Part shown: one piece after another, positions 27,009-32,000 of the stretch
Layout: every line of letters starts with the position of its first letter
How positions within the stretch are numbered: the first letter of the stretch is position 1
DNA from: Vibrio alginolyticus NBRC 15630 = ATCC 17749
GTDB taxonomy: Bacteria > Pseudomonadota > Gammaproteobacteria > Enterobacterales > Vibrionaceae
Length of the DNA: 32,000 nucleotides
NCBI RefSeq assembly: GCF_000354175.2
Contig: NC_022359.1
Location: forward strand, 150,001-182,000
Direction of reading: 5' to 3'
Made by a program: the position numbers and the translations under genes
Notes under the pieces: model-generated
What the model was told of the DNA's origin: nothing
What the model saw: only the letters and a program-made list of their open reading frames with translations
The model's database searches: none

Positions 27009-28382
27009 TTAGATTGCGAGAAGTGTGAACTTCTGTTGATACTGAGAGGAGGTTGCATTGGTCTCAAGGTAGCTGTGGTGAAGCATTAAGATCGATTGGA
27101 CAATCTTCGTCCCGATCCCCAAAGAACCGCCCTCCGCTTCTTTCTCGATGTGATTGACGAAGGTAAAATGGATACGCGACTTATCCTCACTCAAATGCGC
27201 TTGGCAATGCACTTCTGAACCGATTGGGCTGTGGCGCAATGCATTTTCAAGCAGGTTCAATACCAATCGCTCCAATAGCCCCTTGTCACCCACGGTTTGG
27301 ATTTCGCTATCGATATCCACTTTCAATACCACTTCTTTACGAGAAAACTGGCTCTGCATCGTTTCAGCACATTCTGCCATCAAAGCGCCCAGATCTACGG
27401 GGCGGTACTCGTAATTTGGCATTGGAGCTTCTTTGCGTGCGGCGTCTAATAAAGAATGCAGTTGAGTTGAGAGCTTCTCACAATTTCGGAAAGCAACGTC
27501 AATCAAAGGATCGGATTCCGGATGTTGCAAACGCCACGTTTCCAAATAGCCCAGCACGCTCGATAACGGCGTTTTTAAATCATGACTAAGCTGCAACAAG
27601 CTTTGACGACGATGAGACGATTGATACTCCAACTGTAAAAACTGTTGCTGAATGTGCTTCGCCATCATCTGATAAGAGTGCGCAATCGGCACGAGCTCCG
27701 GCACTTGGTGAGTAAAATCAGGTTGCAGGCGGAAATCATGTTCGGCTTGCTGTTGAAGTTGCTTGGTCACACGCTCAATCGGGTTCAATAGGCTACGTTT
27801 CACCAGCACATAAGCCCCAAGAGCAAAGCCTAAAATGGAGACTAAGACCAATCCTGCCAGCGCGATATAAGGAGTATCGACTTGAGCATTGGCAATGGCG
27901 TCATGTCGGGTACTGCCAATCACCACGTAGAGATAACCGACCGTAGAGCCTAATTCCTCTATCGCCGCGACAGAAAAGACTTTGTGTTCACCACGATTAC
28001 GTGGGTCTTCACCCAAAATAGGAAAAGGCTGGTCATTTAAGAATTGCTTAATGGGATTGAGATCCACCTTCCCCATGATCTCCGCCCCTTCCGGTGCTGC
28101 ATGAGTGGTGATATTGCCTTGGCTATCGAGGAAGTAGATTTCAAAATCAGGGCCGATCAGCATGAGCGTGTGAAAAATCGACTTGAGCGCTTTAGGGTTG
28201 TAATCCGTTCCGATCATCAGCGGATTATCATCACGCATGTGGCTGGCTAGCTCTTTATGCAGGCTTTGCTTGGTGCGTAACTCAATGGTTTCTTTTTGCC
28301 AATTGTAAGTCAGTGCAATCACCACCGCCGCGAGACAGAACCACAAGCTAGTAAATACCACTAAGCGAGATTTGAAGCTCAT
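27009..28382 (-). CDS. Sensor histidine kinase (two TM helices, periplasmic domain, HAMP, HisKA) with an atypically short ATP lid
   Basis: 457 aa. H-box is LSHDLKTPLSS and N-box is LLENALRHS. The region where the G1 (DxGxG) and F boxes are expected reads FTFVNHIEKEAEGGSLGIG, so only the G2-like motif is present. RBS is GGAGG. Confidence 0.8.
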   Translation of the reverse strand: MSFKSRLVVFTSLWFCLAAVVIALTYNWQKETIELRTKQSLHKELASHMRDDNPLMIGTDYNPKALKSIFHTLMLIGPDFEIYFLDSQGNITTHAAPEGAEIMGKVDLNPIKQFLNDQPFPILGEDPRNRGEHKVFSVAAIEELGSTVGYLYVVIGSTRHDAIANAQVDTPYIALAGLVLVSILGFALGAYVLVKRSLLNPIERVTKQLQQQAEHDFRLQPDFTHQVPELVPIAHSYQMMAKHIQQQFLQLEYQSSHRRQSLLQLSHDLKTPLSSVLGYLETWRLQHPESDPLIDVAFRNCEKLSTQLHSLLDAARKEAPMPNYEYRPVDLGALMAECAETMQSQFSRKEVVLKVDIDSEIQTVGDKGLLERLVLNLLENALRHSPIGSEVHCQAHLSEDKSRIHFTFVNHIEKEAEGGSLGIGTKIVQSILMLHHSYLETNATSSQYQQKFTLLAI

Positions 28383-28394
28383 CCTATCGCCTCC

Positions 28395-28499
28395 TTAAAC
28401 AGCGGTGTTTTTGCAACACCCGTGATGATTGAAAAATGATGGTGAAAACAACTGCCGACTTACTGTCTTGGCTTGATGTTTTGACTTACTTTCTTGCAT
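28395..28499 (-). CDS. Candidate 34-codon small ORF between RR and HK (MQESKSKHQAKTVSRQLFSPSFFNHHGCCKNTAV)
   Basis: Manual translation. Its ATG (28499-28497) overlaps the RR stop as TAATG. Its TAA (28397-28395) abuts the GGAGG RBS of the kinase. It exactly fills an otherwise unexplained 116-nt RR-HK gap. There is no homology evidence. Confidence 0.25.
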   Translation of the reverse strand: MQESKSKHQAKTVSRQLFSPSFFNHHGCCKNTAV

Positions 28500-29230
28500 T
28501 AGTGTCTTGGTTGAAACTTATATCCAACACCCCACACGGTTTGGATGAAGTGATGATCAGAATCAGACAACGACAACTTGCTGCGTAAACGATTTATGGT
28601 GCTACACACCGTGTGGTGATAACCAGAATGACTGGTGTTCCAAACGTGATCGAGCAATTCATCTTTACTGTAGACTCTGCCCGGACGAGTCGCGAGAAAC
28701 TGCAGCAAAGTAAACTCTGTCGCGGTGAGCGTGACATCCTTGTCGTTTAAGGATACTTGGTGCAACTCCGGAATGATTCTCAGCGGGCCAAAATCCATCG
28801 CATCATCGAGGACTTCATCTGCCACCTTTGCTTCAGCGGTTTGGCTGACTCTGCGCAGCACGTTTCGCACTCGTGCTTGGAATTCTAATACGCTAAATGG
28901 CTTGGTGATGTAGTCATCAACGCCCGCTTCTAAGCCGTCTACCTTGTCCATTTCACCGTCTCTGGCTGTCAGCATGAGCACTGGGCTCCAATCTTGTTGC
29001 TGACGCAAATAATGGCAAATGTCTAGACCATCACCATCTGGTAAACCTCGGTCAAGGATCAATAAATCAAAGGGTTGTTGCTGGTATTGCGTTTTAGCAT
29101 CGGCGACATTTGTGGCTCGCGATACTTGGTGTCCTTGAAACTTGAGATGCATCTGAACCAGTTCTGCCAAATCATCGTCATCTTCCACCAACAAGATGTT
29201 CGCGACTAAATTGATTGCCTGTTGTTCCAT
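28499..29230 (-). CDS. OmpR/PhoB-family response regulator (receiver plus winged-helix DNA-binding domain)
   Basis: The preferred start is ATG 29230 (AAGGAAAGG RBS): MEQQAINLVANILLVEDDDD... Phospho-acceptor region is DLLILDRGLPDGDG, followed by TKPF. C-terminal wHTH ends in TVWGVGYKF. Confidence 0.88.
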   Translation of the reverse strand: MEQQAINLVANILLVEDDDDLAELVQMHLKFQGHQVSRATNVADAKTQYQQQPFDLLILDRGLPDGDGLDICHYLRQQQDWSPVLMLTARDGEMDKVDGLEAGVDDYITKPFSVLEFQARVRNVLRRVSQTAEAKVADEVLDDAMDFGPLRIIPELHQVSLNDKDVTLTATEFTLLQFLATRPGRVYSKDELLDHVWNTSHSGYHHTVCSTINRLRSKLSLSDSDHHFIQTVWGVGYKFQPRH

Positions 29231-29294
29231 GGTCCTTTCCTTGCCTTCGAGTATCCTCACTTTGCACATGACCGGAACAAATTAGAAATTCTTT

Positions 29295-29372
29295 CAAAAA
29301 AGGTTCCGATGACGCCATGAGGGATAAAGCGCTCTGCTACAAGCGCTTTGGAAAGGAGACGTCATCGGAGCC
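29295..29372 (-). terminator. Nested (branched) rho-independent terminator or attenuator between the spondin-like genes and the two-component genes
   Basis: Outer perfect 10-bp stem: TCCGATGACG (29305-29314) / CGTCATCGGA (29360-29369). It encloses an inner 8-bp hairpin: AAAGCGCT (29326-29333) / AGCGCTTT (29342-29349). On the minus strand the outer stem is followed by ACC-TTTTTT. Confidence 0.55.
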
Positions 29373-29376
29373 TGTG

Positions 29377-30072
29377 TTACTCGACTCGAGTGATGGTGAC
29401 TTTCGCACCTGGGTTCAAGAAACGATGGTTCGCAGAAAGTGCTGAGTTTGCTAATCCGTCATCTTGGCTAACAACACCCGCATGGAATGCAACAACGTCA
29501 TTGCTGTCATTACGTGCAGCATTGAAACCCTCACCGCCACCTGCTGGGCCCGGAATGGTTGCAGCAAGCTCATCGTTTAGCTCTGTACCGGAATCCCAAA
29601 CGTTCATGCTCATTTCGTAGCTTTCACCCACTGCGAGCGATTTGAGCGATAGCCCCGTTTCGCCAACAAAGGCATCGTTGGTATTCACGAACATAGACGC
29701 CACAGACAAGTAACCGTAACGACTAGGGTCAACCGTGATGGTGACTTCGTCCGATGCACCCGGCAACACCAATCCATTGCCCGAAATACCTTGGTAAACA
29801 CTGTCATTGCTGTTCATCAACTCAATCAGCTCAGCGTTACTACCGCCTTCGGCAAGGTGCTCAAGTTCAACAGATGCGGCTTGTCCAATTTCAAACAGTT
29901 GGTAGTCACCATTGTGAGTGAGTACAGCGAGCGGAGACATTGGTTGATTCGCAGTCAAGTTCGCCACGTTGACGGTGTAGCGGTACGATTTCACTACGTC
30001 ATTATCATCATCGCTTGGGCAACCAGCGAGCAAGCCGACTGAAGCTGCTACTAGTAAGATTCTGTATTTCAT
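29377..30072 (-). CDS. Spondin_N-like domain lipoprotein (paralogue B)
   Basis: Lipobox is MKYRILLVAASVGLLAGC. It shares motifs with the upstream paralogue: LAEGG, YLSVASMFVNTNDAFVG, DSGTELNDELA, HRFLNP. RBS is AAGGGGGA. Family assignment is from remembered motif patterns, not a search. Confidence 0.6.
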   Translation of the reverse strand: MKYRILLVAASVGLLAGCPSDDDNDVVKSYRYTVNVANLTANQPMSPLAVLTHNGDYQLFEIGQAASVELEHLAEGGSNAELIELMNSNDSVYQGISGNGLVLPGASDEVTITVDPSRYGYLSVASMFVNTNDAFVGETGLSLKSLAVGESYEMSMNVWDSGTELNDELAATIPGPAGGGEGFNAARNDSNDVVAFHAGVVSQDDGLANSALSANHRFLNPGAKVTITRVE

Positions 30073-30081
30073 ACATCCCCC

Positions 30082-30765
30082 TTACTTCACAACGATTGTG
30101 ATGGTTGCGACTGGGTTTAACCAACGATGGCTACTGCTGTCTAGGTCACTGATGCCGCCAGATGGGTCGCTATCACCAAGGTTACCCGGATGCACGTGAA
30201 CTTTGTCGTTAGTTACCGTTGCTTCAACGCCTGTGCCGCCAGTACCAAAGGTAATGAAAGGTGGGTTTGGCATGCTAGACGCAAGCTCATCGTTCGCTTC
30301 TGTACCAGCATCGTAACTTCTTAGCGTTGCTCGGTATGTACCCGCTTCCGTTGGAATCTTCCAGCTATCTAGACCGACAAAACCGTCATTGGTTGGCAGC
30401 AACATCGCGCTCAGAGAAAGATAACCGTGGTCGCCACTATCCAAGGTGAAGGTGGTTGCCACACCTGGGTTCAAAATGCCACCAGCAGGGTTCTCTACCA
30501 CCGCACCACCAGCGTTACCAATCACACTAGCAAGCCCAGAGATATCACCGCCTTCTGCCATTGCTTCTAGTTCTGGCGTTGATGCTTGACCCGTTCTGAA
30601 CATTTGAAGATCAGAACCATGTGCGGCAACAATAAGTGGCGTAAAGTAGATGCCTTTGGTTGCGTTTGTCACGGTGATTTCCAATTCCGCCGCATTCACT
30701 GATGCAGAGCCTAGTGCCATAGCGACTGAAGTCATGACGAGTCCGAGTTGGGTACGTTTTTTCAT
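30082..30765 (-). CDS. Spondin_N-like domain secreted protein (paralogue A)
   Basis: Sec signal is MKKRTQLGLVMTSVAMALGSASVNA. Motifs are FTPLIVAAHG, MAEGGD, YLSLSAMLLPTNDGFVG, DAGTEANDELA and HRWLNPVATITI. RBS is AAGGATGG. It lies 9 nt upstream of paralogue B. Confidence 0.6.
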   Translation of the reverse strand: MKKRTQLGLVMTSVAMALGSASVNAAELEITVTNATKGIYFTPLIVAAHGSDLQMFRTGQASTPELEAMAEGGDISGLASVIGNAGGAVVENPAGGILNPGVATTFTLDSGDHGYLSLSAMLLPTNDGFVGLDSWKIPTEAGTYRATLRSYDAGTEANDELASSMPNPPFITFGTGGTGVEATVTNDKVHVHPGNLGDSDPSGGISDLDSSSHRWLNPVATITIVVK

Positions 30766-30921
30766 TGTGATTCCATCCTTTAATGAGGGTTGAACTACCC
30801 AAGCCCATGTGTACGGCTTTACTTCTTTGTTCGTGACTTGAGTAGGTTAAGCATTACGTTTCGAACGTTTTGCGTTCTTGCCTCTAAGAATGACGAGCAA
30901 ATCTATCAGCAACTTCATCGA

Positions 30922-30961
30922 ATTCTCATAAAATTCTCACAAGTTCTGTTCGAATTCTGTC
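30922..30961 (+). promoter_or_regulatory. Four helically phased direct repeats (ATTCTCAT, ATTCTCAC, GTTCTGTT, ATTCTGTC); candidate OmpR/PhoB-family response-regulator binding array
   Basis: Units start at 30922, 30933, 30943 and 30954 (spacing 11/10/11 bp), all in the same orientation, with AT-rich 3-4 nt spacers. This matches Pho-box-like architecture. It lies in the divergent intergenic region between the spondin-like operon and the 31054 gene. Confidence 0.45.
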
Positions 30962-30991
30962 AACAGCACTTTTTTACTCTTAATCAGCTAT

Positions 30992-31020
30992 TTACACGTC
31001 GCGCTTTCCCCTCCTACAAT
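30992..31020 (+). promoter_or_regulatory. Candidate sigma70 promoter for the 31054 gene (TTACAC-N17-TACAAT)
   Basis: TTACAC is at 30992-30997 and TACAAT at 31015-31020, with a 17-nt spacer, 34 nt upstream of the ATG. Confidence 0.35.
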
Positions 31021-31053
31021 GCGATATTCCCTGTTTAAATAACGATTCTCACC

Positions 31054-31527
31054 ATGATTCATAACGTTCTGTCTGCCTACTATGGCGAAATCTACGGCAT
31101 CGCTTTTTTCAACCACTACTTGAGCCATTACGCCCAAAGTGAACAACAAACGCTGTGGCAAACCTTGATTAAAGTGGAAGAGCTAACCGCAGAAAAGCTC
31201 AAACCTGTACTGCTGACAAATGGCATGGATATCGAAAGTCGACACCAAGAGATGTTGGATAAAGGCTTGGAAGATGCAATCAAATGGATTGGTTTACCAT
31301 GGCAAGAGTTGGTGGCGACTCTTCTGAAATGGGTAGAACCTTATGAGGTCAAGTATCGAGAGTGGCATGAAGAAGTGAACGCTTCACAGCAGTATTCAAT
31401 CGCTGAACGAGAAGCTATCGAGTTGATTGCAGACCACGAAACGGCCATTTATCACTGTTGGCAGCAATACCATACTGGTGAATCTGGCTTGCCTGCACTC
31501 AATGCATTTTTGGCAAAATATCGTTAA
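31054..31527 (+). CDS. Hypothetical protein, 157 aa, predicted all-helical
   Basis: An ORF with coding-like composition (MIHNVLSAYYGEIYGIAFFNHYLSHYAQ...). No signal peptide, no recognisable SD, and no family recognised. Confidence 0.5.
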   Translation: MIHNVLSAYYGEIYGIAFFNHYLSHYAQSEQQTLWQTLIKVEELTAEKLKPVLLTNGMDIESRHQEMLDKGLEDAIKWIGLPWQELVATLLKWVEPYEVKYREWHEEVNASQQYSIAEREAIELIADHETAIYHCWQQYHTGESGLPALNAFLAKYR

Positions 31528-31604
31528 AGCGAGACGGTGACACTTGAACCTCGTGAAACCGTACCAGACAATATCGTTATTCCGCTGCGCAGAACTGAAC
31601 AATT

Positions 31605-32000
31605 ATGGTTAATCCAAAACTCATAGCCCTACTTCCTGATCTTGCTTCGTTTATCTTAGTGGTAAACGAAGGCAGTTTTACCGCTGCTGCTAAACAACTC
31701 GGCGTAACGCCATCGGCTTTAAGTAAGTTGATCACACGGTTGGAACAAGCCCTCTCGGTCAAACTGTTTGAGCGCACGACTCGTAAGTTGATCATCACTC
31801 AAGCTGGGCAAAAGGTTTACGACCAAAGCATCGCAATGGTGAATGCCGCGCAGCAAGCCGTTGAGCTATCTGCGGAAGATCATGCTGAGCCAACAGGCGC
31901 ACTCACAGTAGCAGCCCCTGAAGCATTTCTTAATTCGGTGCTTCAACCGTTTGTGTTGCCATTCCTAGAACGTTATCCAAATATACAGCTTAAGCTGCGC
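31605..32000 (+). CDS. LysR-family transcriptional regulator, N-terminal 132 codons; continues beyond the window end
   Basis: Not in the ORF track because there is no stop in the window. Manual translation from ATG 31605 gives MVNPKLIALLPDLASFILVVNEGSFTAAAKQLGVTPSALSKLITRLEQALSVKLFERTTRKLIITQAGQ..., a canonical LysR wHTH. Confidence 0.85.
   Translation, partial: MVNPKLIALLPDLASFILVVNEGSFTAAAKQLGVTPSALSKLITRLEQALSVKLFERTTRKLIITQAGQKVYDQSIAMVNAAQQAVELSAEDHAEPTGALTVAAPEAFLNSVLQPFVLPFLERYPNIQLKLR

Noticed and set aside
26997-27028. 11-bp inverted repeat TCACACTTCTC / GAGAAGTGTGA spanning the sodC-HK convergent junction, considered as a bidirectional terminator.
   Set aside because: The stem is real, but neither side has a U-tract and the right arm lies inside the HK coding sequence. 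It was kept only as a possible weak transcription or RNA-stability element and not annotated.
30790-31038. 82-aa plus-strand ORF in the spondin/hypothetical intergenic region.
   Set aside because: It has no RBS and a non-ATG start context, and its translation is Phe/Leu/Arg-rich and non-protein-like. It spans the phased repeats and the promoter elements, so it is better explained as regulatory DNA.
1-32000. Window-wide scan for CRISPR arrays, tRNA/rRNA genes, IS elements, integrases, attachment-site-like long direct repeats and pseudogenes.
   Set aside because: I saw no regularly spaced repeat-spacer arrays, no cloverleaf-like or rRNA-like conserved segments and no transposase or integrase ORFs. 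All large ORFs appear intact, without frameshifts. By-eye GC sampling (about 40-44 percent in the samples counted) did not reveal a sharply foreign island.

Overview
The window looks like Vibrio chromosomal DNA, with Harveyi-clade / V. parahaemolyticus-like gene content typical of chromosome II. This is judged from protein motifs and synteny only; no database search was possible. It is densely coding, and I saw no rRNA, tRNA, CRISPR array, transposase or integrase.

Gene order:
- Lon-like AAA+ protease (partial)
- Small hypothetical protein
- Orphan double-domain peptide-type ABC ATPase
- Prolyl oligopeptidase
- LysR regulator divergent from lldP-lldD (L-lactate permease and FMN L-lactate dehydrogenase)
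- XRE-type HTH protein
- MscS-family channel
- Secreted alpha-carbonic anhydrase
- Five-gene archaic (sigma/Csu-type) chaperone-usher pilus operon
- kbl-tdh
- Three-gene operon matching scrABC (PLP enzyme, periplasmic binding protein, GGDEF-EAL sensor)
- Periplasmic Cu,Zn superoxide dismutase
- OmpR-type response regulator plus histidine kinase
- Two tandem secreted Spondin_N-like paralogues
- Small helical hypothetical protein
- Partial LysR regulator

The best candidate for an undescribed system is 27.0-31.1 kb. It holds the spondin-like pair, the adjacent two-component system (with a degenerate ATP lid in the kinase and a possible 34-codon ORF coupled between RR and HK), and an array of helically phased Pho-box-like direct repeats in the upstream control region.

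Other notable points:
- A textbook Tat signal on the ScrA-like PLP enzyme.
- A double-SCPU tip subunit in the pilus operon.
- A highly structured lldP-lldD spacer.
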